Assembly (NCBI GenBank): GCA_030604855.1 | Contig: JAUVVC010000010.1 | Location: 20,663-52,662 of the forward strand | Direction of reading: 5' to 3' | Length of the DNA: 32,000 nt | Source: Erysipelotrichaceae bacterium | GTDB taxonomy: Bacteria; Bacillota_I; Bacilli_A; Erysipelotrichales; Erysipelotrichaceae | Shown here: one piece after another, positions 17,872 to 25,345 of the stretch | Position numbering within the stretch: position 1 is the first letter of the stretch | Layout of the letters: every line of letters starts with the position of its first letter | Notes under the pieces: model-generated | Databases searched by the model: none | Seen by the model: the letters and a program-made list of their open reading frames with translations, nothing else | Told to the model about the DNA's origin: nothing | Made by a program: the position numbers and the translations under genes

Positions 17872-19720
17872 AAATAAACAAGCCAAACCACGTGCTGTAG
17901 GTCCCGGACATGGCGGACCCATGGCGGGCATGATGCGTGGGGGAGAAAAGGCCAAAGACTTCAAAGGTTCGATGCGCAAGCTCCTCAAGCGTCTCTCAAA
18001 GTACAATCTGGCATTTATCGCTGTATTCTTCCTTGCGATCGCAAGTACCATCTTCACCATCTTTGGACCGAAGGTACTCGGTCAAGCCACAACCAAACTC
18101 TTTGAAGGCGTCATGCAGAAACTCCAACAGGTTCCCAACGCAAGCATCGATTTCGACTACATTGGGAATATTATCTTTTGGTTGTTGATGATGTACATCG
18201 CCGCAGCGTTCTTCTCCTTTGTCATGGGTTTCATCATGTCTAAGGTAGCGACACAGATCGGGTATGAACTCCGCAAAGACATTTCAACCAAAATCAATCG
18301 ACTACCCCTTCGTTTCTTTGATAAGACCCCTCACGGGGAAGTTCTCAGTCGGATCACAAATGATGTCGATACCATCACGAGCACCCTCCAACAAAGTCTG
18401 ACGCAGATGATCACCTCAGTAACTTCTGTCATCGGGGTAGCGATCATGATGTTCACCATCAGTTGGCAGATGACTTTGGTGACCTTGATCATTTTACCTT
18501 TGTCTTTTGTCTTGATCATGGTCATCGTCAAGTTCTCGCAGAAGCAATTCCGTCTTCAAGCATCTGCACTTGGAAAGGTCAGCAGTCATGTGGAAGAGAT
18601 GTACGGGGGACATGTGATCATGAAAGCCTTCAATGGGGAAAAACAATCCCTTGAAGCCTTTGATGCATACAACAAAGAACTCTATCAATCCGCATGGAAG
18701 AGTCAATTTTTCTCTAGCATCATGATGCCTTTGATGATGTTTGTTGGAAACTTGGGTTATGTGGCGGTAAGCATCCAAGGGGGTATCCTTGCGATCAACG
18801 GTATCATCAGTGTCGGCGATATCCAAGCTTTCTTACAATACGTGCGTAACTTCACTCAACCCATCTCTCAAACCGCTCAGATCAGCAATACGCTTCAATC
18901 CACAGCTGCGGCTGCGGAGCGTGTCTTTGCCTTCTTAGCTGAAGCGGAAGAAGTGGAAGACATTCAAGATTCCGTATCCATAGCCAACATTCAAGGTGAA
19001 GTCAGCTTTGAAGATGTGGTCTTTGGTTATGATGAAAATAAACCTGTTATCAACGGCTTCAGTGCAAAGATCAAACCTGGACAAAAAGTGGCGATCGTCG
19101 GTCCAACCGGTGCAGGAAAGACCACCATGGTCAAACTCTTGATGCGTTTCTATGATGTCAATCAAGGAAAAATCAAAGTCGATGATCATGATCTCAGAAA
19201 TTTCAAGCGCAATGAACTTCGCAGCCTGTTTGGCATGGTGCTTCAAGATACCTGGTTGTTCAATGGGACTATTGAAGACAATCTGAAATATGGTAAGTTG
19301 GATGCGACACGTGAAGAAGTCGAAGCGGCCAGTAAAGCGGCCTATGTGGATCATTTCATTCATACCTTACCCAATAACTATCAATACGCCTTGAATGAAG
19401 AAGCCAGCAACATCTCACAAGGTCAGAAACAATTGTTGACGATCGCACGTGCCTTTTTAGCCAATCCAAAGATCTTGATTCTGGATGAAGCCACATCCTC
19501 CGTCGATACACGTACGGAAGTCTTGATTCAAAAAGCCATGGACAAACTGATGTCCAATCGTACCAGTTTCATCATCGCCCACCGTTTGAGCACCATTCGC
19601 AATGCCGATTTGATTCTAGTTATGAAAGATGGAAACATTGTGGAACAAGGAACACATCTGAGCCTTATGGACAAGGGTGGTTTCTACCAACAACTCTACA
19701 ACTCACAGTTCGAGGCATAA
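17864..19720 (+). CDS. ABC exporter permease/ATPase fusion, subunit 2 of the heterodimer (carries the consensus ATP site)
   Basis: 618 aa from ATG 17864 (AAGGAGG RBS; ATGTCTGA overlap with the subunit 1 stop). Walker A GPTGAGKTT, Walker B ILILDEATSSVD, H-loop IIAHRLST and a non-canonical signature ISQGQKQ. The N-terminal tail is Gly/Pro/Met-rich. Confidence 0.93.
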   Translation: MSENKQAKPRAVGPGHGGPMAGMMRGGEKAKDFKGSMRKLLKRLSKYNLAFIAVFFLAIASTIFTIFGPKVLGQATTKLFEGVMQKLQQVPNASIDFDYIGNIIFWLLMMYIAAAFFSFVMGFIMSKVATQIGYELRKDISTKINRLPLRFFDKTPHGEVLSRITNDVDTITSTLQQSLTQMITSVTSVIGVAIMMFTISWQMTLVTLIILPLSFVLIMVIVKFSQKQFRLQASALGKVSSHVEEMYGGHVIMKAFNGEKQSLEAFDAYNKELYQSAWKSQFFSSIMMPLMMFVGNLGYVAVSIQGGILAINGIISVGDIQAFLQYVRNFTQPISQTAQISNTLQSTAAAAERVFAFLAEAEEVEDIQDSVSIANIQGEVSFEDVVFGYDENKPVINGFSAKIKPGQKVAIVGPTGAGKTTMVKLLMRFYDVNQGKIKVDDHDLRNFKRNELRSLFGMVLQDTWLFNGTIEDNLKYGKLDATREEVEAASKAAYVDHFIHTLPNNYQYALNEEASNISQGQKQLLTIARAFLANPKILILDEATSSVDTRTEVLIQKAMDKLMSNRTSFIIAHRLSTIRNADLILVMKDGNIVEQGTHLSLMDKGGFYQQLYNSQFEA

Positions 19721-19723
19721 GCA

Positions 19724-19755
19724 AAGTCCGGTTCAATTGAGCCGGACTTCTTTTT
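19724..19755. terminator. Strong rho-independent terminator after the ABC operon
   Basis: An 11-bp stem AAGTCCGGTTC/GAGCCGGACTT (one G-U pair) with loop AATT, followed by C-TTTTT. It lies between convergent genes. Confidence 0.75.
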
Positions 19756-19764
19756 AAAATTGAA

Positions 19765-20175
19765 TCATTGCATGCGTGCGATACGACGTTTGAGTGTTAA
19801 ATAACGAACGAGCTGAACAATCAGTATCGTAACAATTAGGATGAAAATGATGAAGACAAAACCCACAGCGATGGCGGGATCGATTGACTTGATGCTTTTC
19901 AGTACTTCAACAGTGAGCCATAACACGCCTGGTAGGATGATCGCAAACAACAGGACGATCGAACCCAATAACCACCAACTTTTCTTTTTCAGTGTTTGAA
20001 TGGGTATTTCCTGGTGTGTACGAATGAATTGTTCATCCTTATGTGATTGTCTCTCAATCCATAAACCACGAAGTACACGTATCAAGCCTAAGCAAAATGC
20101 TCCAAGGACAAACCATCCCAAAGCACTCCATTTGCCTTGAATCGCAAGCTCTAAGAAATCTACGATGCCAAGCAT
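19765..20175 (-). CDS. Hypothetical small membrane protein (about 3 TM segments)
   Basis: 136 aa from ATG 20175, with GAAGGAGG 8 nt upstream. The ORF-track start at 20214 lies upstream of the RBS. No family is recognised. Confidence 0.6.
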   Translation of the reverse strand: MLGIVDFLELAIQGKWSALGWFVLGAFCLGLIRVLRGLWIERQSHKDEQFIRTHQEIPIQTLKKKSWWLLGSIVLLFAIILPGVLWLTVEVLKSIKSIDPAIAVGFVFIIFILIVTILIVQLVRYLTLKRRIARMQ

Positions 20176-20197
20176 AAACATCGCCTCCTTCAAGCAG

Positions 20198-20206
20198 ATT
20201 ATAGCA
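20198..20206 (-). promoter_or_regulatory. Extended -10 promoter (TGcTATAAT on the minus strand) for the small membrane protein gene
   Basis: The reverse complement of 20198-20206 reads TGCTATAAT, about 20 nt upstream of the RBS. Confidence 0.4.
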
Positions 20207-20249
20207 CTTTCCATATTCTGTGAAGAAAGACTGTTTTAGCTCAAGAAGC

Positions 20250-20275
20250 CAAAAAACATCCCAATAATGGGATGT
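20250..20275 (-). terminator. Rho-independent terminator of the AEC transporter gene
   Basis: On the minus strand, ACATCCCA-TTAT-TGGGATGT forms an 8-bp stem (20256-20275) followed by a T-run (plus-strand A-run 20251-20255). It lies 5 nt downstream of the stop at 20280. Confidence 0.65.
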
Positions 20276-20279
20276 AGGA

Positions 20280-21197
20280 TCAAAACCAAAGTGTAAAAGC
20301 AGTGGTTAAAATGATGGGTATCGTCACGAGACACAACAGATTCGTGAAACTGATGATCTGAGCACCGTAAGCATAATCATGTCCAAAGCGTTGAGAGAAG
20401 ATCGCCAAGATGGTTGCACTGGGTGCACTCGAAGCGATCAGCAAGACCAATCTCACTTCAGGTCGAATCATCGGCAACAAACTCAACACGAACAATGCAA
20501 TGAGAGGAATCAGAACCAAACGATAGAGAGCGATTTGATAAACTTGTTTGTTCTTGAAAATATCGATCAATTTACTCTTCGCAAGATAGGTACCCAAGAC
20601 AAGCATTGCAACTGGCGTATTGATGGAGCCGATGGAGCTCAGGGACTGTTGGATGAACCCTGTCAATTTAAAGGGACTTAAGAATATGATGAAACCCAAC
20701 ACCATTCCGATGAAAGCAGGTGTCTTGAAAAAGGTATTGAATTTCATCGCAGATTTATCTCCTGTGATCAAATAGATACCCACGGTCCATGACAGAAGAT
20801 TAAAGGCAAGGATATAGGTGGAAAGATAAATGACATATTGAATACCCAGTAAACCGGTGACCAAAGGAATCCCGAAGAAGCCGACATTTGAAAAAGCAAC
20901 GGCAAATTGAGCAATACGATGTTCTTTACGATAGAGGATGCGTGCGATGATCAAGCCCAGTAGAATTGAAGATAGGGCTAAGATGAACGCAATGCCGATT
21001 TCTTTAAGAATATCGAGACTGAACTGAATATTAAAGGATGTGATGATGACCGCAGGTGTACAGACCTGTAAGAGTATGGTCGACATTTGTTGTGTTCCAC
21101 TTTCATTGAGAAGTCCTTTGCGATAGAGCACAAAGCCCACCAACATCAAACTAAACATCATCAAGACTTGATTAAGTACTGTTATACCGATTGCCAT
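20280..21197 (-). CDS. AEC-family (auxin efflux carrier-like) permease
   Basis: 305 aa from ATG 21197 (AGGAGGAAG RBS), with about 10 TM segments. The N-terminus MAIGITVLNQVLMMFSLMLVGFVL and the overall layout are typical of bacterial AEC/membrane-transport-family proteins. Confidence 0.88.
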   Translation of the reverse strand: MAIGITVLNQVLMMFSLMLVGFVLYRKGLLNESGTQQMSTILLQVCTPAVIITSFNIQFSLDILKEIGIAFILALSSILLGLIIARILYRKEHRIAQFAVAFSNVGFFGIPLVTGLLGIQYVIYLSTYILAFNLLSWTVGIYLITGDKSAMKFNTFFKTPAFIGMVLGFIIFLSPFKLTGFIQQSLSSIGSINTPVAMLVLGTYLAKSKLIDIFKNKQVYQIALYRLVLIPLIALFVLSLLPMIRPEVRLVLLIASSAPSATILAIFSQRFGHDYAYGAQIISFTNLLCLVTIPIILTTAFTLWF

Positions 21198-21221
21198 CGT
21201 CTTCCTCCTAAAACTTGTGTC

Positions 21222-21230
21222 ATTATACCA
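21222..21230 (-). promoter_or_regulatory. Extended -10 promoter (TGgTATAAT on the minus strand) for the AEC gene
   Basis: The reverse complement of 21222-21230 reads TGGTATAAT, about 25 nt upstream of the ATG at 21197. Confidence 0.45.
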
Positions 21231-21339
21231 CAGCTTGATGGACAAGACAGTTTCTAATCGTTTCCGAATCATCCTTTCTGAGCATCAGAAGTGTAATTTT
21301 GCATCAGTCTGCTAAACTGAGCTTAAAAGGAGAACCGAC

Positions 21340-21717
21340 ATGTTTCATATCACACAATCACCAAAATCATTTGAAGAAACCATTACCCGTCTTACCCAAG
21401 TCTTAACTGAACATCAATTTGGTGTTCTATCCACCATTCCCTTATCCGAAAAGTTTGTCGCAAAGGGTTTGCCTTTTGAAGGACGGATCTCCATCTTAGA
21501 TGTATGCAACCCCTTGGAAGCCTACAAAGTGTATTCCATCGATCCTTTAGCGGTGAATTTCTTACCCTGTAAGTTCATCGTGCGAGAAGATGAACAGGGC
21601 GTATGGGTTGAGATGATCCGTCCAACAGCACTAATCAAGTTGATGGATAATCCAGAGCTGACATCATTTGCACAAAAGATTGAAGATGTGTTGATTGAGG
21701 TCACAAAACGCATTTAA
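21340..21717 (+). CDS. DUF302 domain protein
   Basis: 125 aa with an AAGGAG RBS. The sequence (SFEETITRLTQVLTEHQFGVLSTI...ILDVCNPLEAYKV) matches my recollection of the DUF302 fold family. Confidence 0.8.
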   Translation: MFHITQSPKSFEETITRLTQVLTEHQFGVLSTIPLSEKFVAKGLPFEGRISILDVCNPLEAYKVYSIDPLAVNFLPCKFIVREDEQGVWVEMIRPTALIKLMDNPELTSFAQKIEDVLIEVTKRI

Positions 21718-21724
21718 AGGAGAG

Positions 21725-21746
21725 TGTCTAGTCTATAGACATTTTT
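21725..21746 (+). terminator. Weak candidate terminator after DUF302
   Basis: TGTCTA-GTCTA-TAGACA forms a 6-bp AT-rich stem followed by TTTTT (21742-21746). Confidence 0.35.
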
Positions 21747-21749
21747 CAT

Positions 21750-21777
21750 TTGCGCTTATTTCGAATCGTTCTATACT
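21750..21777 (+). promoter_or_regulatory. Putative promoter TTGCGC-N16-TATACT for the AmmeMemoRadiSam operon
   Basis: TTGCGC at 21750-21755 and TATACT at 21772-21777. The AGGAGG RBS and the ATG at 21803 follow. Confidence 0.35.
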
Positions 21778-21802
21778 GTAGGTAGATAGAGGAGGATCTG
21801 AG

Positions 21803-23089
21803 ATGAGTATCCAATACGCATGCGTTCTTCCACATCCACCCCTGATACTGCCAGAAATCGGACGTGGGGAAGAGCGAAAAATCCAACATACGATTGAAGC
21901 CTACCAAGCCATCGCAAACCATATCGCACGCATCAAACCTGAAACCATTGTTTTGGTTTCGCCCCATGCGCCAATGGTTCGTGATGGTTTTTTTCTTGCG
22001 CAAAGTGAAATGGATGTTGGGGATATGGGTCGCTTCAATACCGCACAACTGAAATATGCCTATCCGCTTGATGAAGAATTCAATGAAGCACTTATTAACA
22101 TCCGTCCAGACATCCGACCCAGTGTCATGGATTTGGATCATGGATCCATTGTGCCACTTGCCATCATCAAAGAAAGCTATGATGCGTTTAAATTGGTCAG
22201 AATCGGTATTTCTGGACTCAATCGTGAACATCACCGTGGAATGGGTAAAGCCATCCAGCAAATTGCCAATCAACTGAATCGGAAGATTGTGTTTATTGCC
22301 AGTGGAGATCTTTCCCATCGCTTAAAAGCAGATGGTCCCTATGGTTTCAATCCAGATGGCCCACGTTTCGATCACAAAGTTAAGCAGATATTCACATCCA
22401 ATCATCTTGAAGAACTCTTTGATCTGCCCACGAATCAATGCCATGAGGCTGGAGAATGCGGGTATCGTTCTCTTCTTGTTTTGGCGGGAGTGCTCGATGG
22501 TTTGGATATCCAGTCAGAAGTCTTATCTTATGAAGCACCTTTTGGAGTGGGGTATCTTTGTGCATCCATTCAACTCAAAGACCCCTTGGTAAACCTGGCT
22601 CGTAAAGCCATTGAACACTATGTGAAAGACCAATCCATCCTTTCAATTGAAGTGCTTCCAGGAATTGATCCCCATATGCAAGCTGCCTGTTTTGTTTCAC
22701 TGCATAAACAGGATCGACTCAGAGGATGCATCGGTACACTTCAACCCACACAAAGCAACTTAATCCGTGAGATCATACACAACGCCATTGCGGCTTGTTC
22801 AAGGGATCCGCGTTTCAATCCAGTCACTGAAGAAGAGTTGTTGGATCTGGAAATCAGTGTCGATGTCCTGAGTCCTGCTCAACAGACGACAAAAGATCAA
22901 TTGGATCCAAAACGCTATGGCGTCATCGTCCGCTCATCGTGGCGAACCGGTGTCTTACTCCCTGACTTGGAGGGCATTCATTCAATAGATGAACAACTGA
23001 ATATTGCTTGTCGCAAAGCCGGAATTGATCCAAGTGATGCGTATTCGATTGAACGTTTTGAGGTGAAACGTCACCATGCCTACTTGTGA
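21803..23089 (+). CDS. Fusion protein: class III extradiol dioxygenase subunit-B/Memo-like N-terminal domain plus AMMECR1 domain (AmmeMemoRadiSam system protein A type)
   Basis: 428 aa. N-terminal motifs are ACVLPHPPLILPEIG, LVSPHAP, MDLDHGSIVPL, ASGDLSHRL and EAGECGY. The C-terminal AMMECR1 motifs are ACFVSLHK..RLRGCIGT and GVIVRS..RTGVLLPDL. AGGAGG RBS. Confidence 0.88.
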   Translation: MSIQYACVLPHPPLILPEIGRGEERKIQHTIEAYQAIANHIARIKPETIVLVSPHAPMVRDGFFLAQSEMDVGDMGRFNTAQLKYAYPLDEEFNEALINIRPDIRPSVMDLDHGSIVPLAIIKESYDAFKLVRIGISGLNREHHRGMGKAIQQIANQLNRKIVFIASGDLSHRLKADGPYGFNPDGPRFDHKVKQIFTSNHLEELFDLPTNQCHEAGECGYRSLLVLAGVLDGLDIQSEVLSYEAPFGVGYLCASIQLKDPLVNLARKAIEHYVKDQSILSIEVLPGIDPHMQAACFVSLHKQDRLRGCIGTLQPTQSNLIREIIHNAIAACSRDPRFNPVTEEELLDLEISVDVLSPAQQTTKDQLDPKRYGVIVRSSWRTGVLLPDLEGIHSIDEQLNIACRKAGIDPSDAYSIERFEVKRHHAYL

Positions 23090-23900
23090 ACTATGCTTCC
23101 ACAACTGTAGTTTAGAGGAAGGTCAAACTGGTTTTTGTCGTGCACGCAGAAATATCAATGGCATTATCGTACCGATCAATGCCAATTGGATTACTTCAAT
23201 TGCGCTTGATCCCATCGAAAAGAAGCCGCTATATCACTTCTACCCTGGTTCGAAGATCCTATCCATCGGTAGCTTTGGTTGTAATCTTGCTTGCCCGTTT
23301 TGTCAGAATCATTCCATCGCAACGATGTCCTATCAGAACAAACATGCAAAAAAGATGAGTTCTGAAGAACTTGTGAACTTAGCTCTTGATTTAATTCCAC
23401 AAGGAAACATAGGCATTGCTTTTACCTATAACGAACCTTTGATTGGATATGAATTCGTTTTAGAGACTTCAAAACTTGCAAAGCAGCACAATCTAAAAAC
23501 CGTTTTAATCACCAATGGCACAATCAGTGAGAAGTATCTAGTGGAGCTACTTCCGTATATCGATGCGATGAACATCGACCTCAAAGGATTCACACAGGAG
23601 TTCTATTTAAAACTCAGTGGTAATCTTGAACAGGTTAAACGATCCATTGAATTAAGCCAGTCCAAAGTGCATGTGGAACTCACGAGTCTGATCATTCCGG
23701 ATGAAAACGACAGTGAGGAAGACATGGAAAAAGAAGCACAATGGATCGCATCTCTGAATCCTGAGCTTCCTTTGCATCTTTCGCGCTTCTTTCCAAATCA
23801 TCTATGGATGGATAAACAGATCACACCATTGGATACCTTGATCAAACTTGAGAAAATCGCTAAACACTATCTCAAGCATGTTCATCTTGGGAATGTATAA
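23076..23900 (+). CDS. AmmeMemoRadiSam system radical SAM enzyme
   Basis: 274 aa. It has the N-terminal Cys-rich CELCFHNCSLEEGQTGFCRARRN, then EKKPLYHFYPGS and the radical SAM CxxxCxxC motif GCNLACPFCQN. A 14-nt overlap with the upstream AMMECR1 fusion gene suggests translational coupling. Confidence 0.9.
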   Translation: MPTCELCFHNCSLEEGQTGFCRARRNINGIIVPINANWITSIALDPIEKKPLYHFYPGSKILSIGSFGCNLACPFCQNHSIATMSYQNKHAKKMSSEELVNLALDLIPQGNIGIAFTYNEPLIGYEFVLETSKLAKQHNLKTVLITNGTISEKYLVELLPYIDAMNIDLKGFTQEFYLKLSGNLEQVKRSIELSQSKVHVELTSLIIPDENDSEEDMEKEAQWIASLNPELPLHLSRFFPNHLWMDKQITPLDTLIKLEKIAKHYLKHVHLGNV

Positions 23901-24405
23901 CGTAAATGAACTTTTCGACAATAGATTCATGACCTTGGTAGAGCTCACTAAACTGGCCTAAATAACGAAAGCCACAGGCATGAAGTACATGGGCGGATGC
24001 CTTGTTTTCCACAAGACAAACGCCATGGATTCGGTCAATCTTTAGCTCGTGAAAAATCCAAGGAAGAAATACTTGAACCACCTCACGCGCATAACCTTGA
24101 TTACGATAAGGTTTCGCAATTTGATAGCCAAGTTCCCACTCATTGTGCATCGGAACAGCCTGAACATAGCCTATTACGGTCTCATTCTTTAGGCATATCG
24201 CATAAACAAGAGGACCGTCTTTCTTTGTATAGAATTGTGACAAGTGTTCAATCACTTCAGTTGCGATGGTTTCAGTCTCAAAGACCTCATCCGGGATGAA
24301 CATGCGTGTGTCTTCATCCAATGAATTCAAATGGATGGCAGGTGCCATCGCGATTGAGAGACGCTTGAGTTCAAGTCGATTTGTTTCTAAGATGATATCT
24401 TGCAT
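23872..24405 (-). CDS. GNAT-family N-acetyltransferase (RimJ/RimL-like)
   Basis: 177 aa with a GGAGAAGGA RBS. The acetyl-CoA motif A is YRNQGYAREVV. Its 3' end overlaps the convergent radical SAM gene by 29 nt. Confidence 0.88.
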   Translation of the reverse strand: MQDIILETNRLELKRLSIAMAPAIHLNSLDEDTRMFIPDEVFETETIATEVIEHLSQFYTKKDGPLVYAICLKNETVIGYVQAVPMHNEWELGYQIAKPYRNQGYAREVVQVFLPWIFHELKIDRIHGVCLVENKASAHVLHACGFRYLGQFSELYQGHESIVEKFIYVIHSQDEHA

Positions 24406-24505
24406 GTCCTTCTCCGTCTCGATTCAATGTTATTATAAATACAACACACTTTACTGATTAGAGAATATCGATAAACTTACTGAAATGCAAGTAAAAGGGA
24501 GAAAC

Positions 24506-24718
24506 ATGTTTAAATATGAGTTTGAACGCATACGATACACAATGGAAGGCTTTGGATTGATCAATGGGACCGTATATGGTCACGGTGCTTATCAAGAAAT
24601 CATCCAAAAGCGTGCTTTGGAGGGATGGCGCTATGTGGGTACGATCCCTGCCATTCAACGGGCGACAGGGCATATTGAAGAGATGGATCTCGTGTTTGAG
24701 ATGGAAGAAAAGTTTTAA
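24506..24718 (+). CDS. DUF4177-like small protein
   Basis: 70 aa from ATG 24506 (AAGGGAG RBS). MFKYEFERI...YQEIIQKRALEGWRYVGTIP...MDLVFEME fits the DUF4177 pattern as I recall it. Confidence 0.7.
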   Translation: MFKYEFERIRYTMEGFGLINGTVYGHGAYQEIIQKRALEGWRYVGTIPAIQRATGHIEEMDLVFEMEEKF

Positions 24719-24814
24719 CGAAAAGATTTAGAATCATCTCTGATATTGAACCTTAAGTATGGATTGAAAATGTCATACAAATGTATTGCGATATTTACGA
24801 AAGGAAGTGATCAC

Positions 24815-25034
24815 ATGAGCATTATAAGCGTTAGAGCGACTGAGGAAGAGAAAGAAATGATCAAAAGGTATGCGGAATTTTTTGGGTTGAGTGTAAGTGA
24901 TTTTGTGAAAACTTCTGTAATTGAAAGAATAAAGGATGTTTTTGATCTAAGTGAAATCTAAGCGTACGAGAAAAGAAATGGGTGAGACACAGTTCTGTTC
25001 TTTAGAAGAAGTTAAGAAGCAATTGGGACTGTAA
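24815..25034 (+). pseudogene. RelB/DinJ-type (ribbon-helix-helix) antitoxin gene, disrupted by a nonsense codon and a +1 frameshift
   Basis: ATG 24815 (GAAAGGAAG RBS) encodes MSIISVRATEEEKEMIKRYAEFFGLSVSDFVKTSVIERIKDVFDLSEI, then TAA at 24959-24961. The family-typical remainder continues as AYEK... and, after an extra A in the run 24971-24974, as (E)MGETQFCSLEEVKKQLGL-stop (25032-25034) in another frame. Confidence 0.7.
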
Positions 25035-25299
25035 TGAAGTATTCAATCGTTATTGACGCAAAAGCACTTAAAGCGCTTGATGCGTTGGAACGTGCACAAT
25101 CCCATTTGATAATGGCGTGATTGAGAAAAGTCTAATCAGTACAGATGATCCAAGAATATTAGGTAAACCTTTGAAAGGGAAGCTTAGTTCCTATTGGCGA
25201 TGTAGAGCGGGTCGATATCGAATCTTAGTCGAGCTGCTTGACCAAGAACTTGTTTTCGTGATTATTACAATCGATCATCGAAGAAATGTTTACAAATAG
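25034..25299 (+). pseudogene. RelE/ParE-family toxin gene, disrupted by a -1 frameshift
   Basis: ATG 25034 overlaps the antitoxin stop (TAATG) and encodes MKYSIVIDAKALKALDALERAQSHLIMA, then TGA. The rest (IEKSLISTDDPRILGKPLKGKLSSYWRCRAGRYRILVELLDQELVFVIITIDHRRNVYK) is in another frame starting at 25117. Restoring one G (ATGGCGTGgATTGAG) would give an intact RelE-like protein of about 88 aa. Confidence 0.75.
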
Positions 25300-25310
25300 G
25301 TTCAGTATAA

Positions 25311-25334
25311 ATAAAAAACCACCTTATGGTGGTT
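25311..25334. terminator. Terminator hairpin shared by tRNA-Trp (minus strand) and the toxin-antitoxin remnant (plus strand)
   Basis: AACCACC(25317-25323)-TTAT-GGTGGTT(25328-25334). On the minus strand the hairpin is followed by TTTT-A-T... (plus-strand A-run 25313-25316). Confidence 0.6.
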
Positions 25335-25345
25335 CATTTGTTTTC

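Noticed and set aside
21746-22318. A 190-aa ORF on the minus strand
   Set aside because: It lies entirely antisense to the well-supported dioxygenase-like/AMMECR1 fusion gene. It has no RBS and no recognisable motif, and its composition looks like a shadow ORF.
25068-25081. A cre-like (CcpA) palindrome TTAAAGCGCTTGAT
   Set aside because: Only the central AAGCGCTT core matches. The outer TG/CA positions of the cre consensus are wrong, and the site lies inside the toxin pseudogene.
25113-25118. Programmed ribosomal frameshifting in the RelE-like gene
   Set aside because: There is no slippery heptamer or downstream stimulatory structure. The partner antitoxin also carries a nonsense codon and a separate frameshift, so decay or sequencing error is the simpler explanation.
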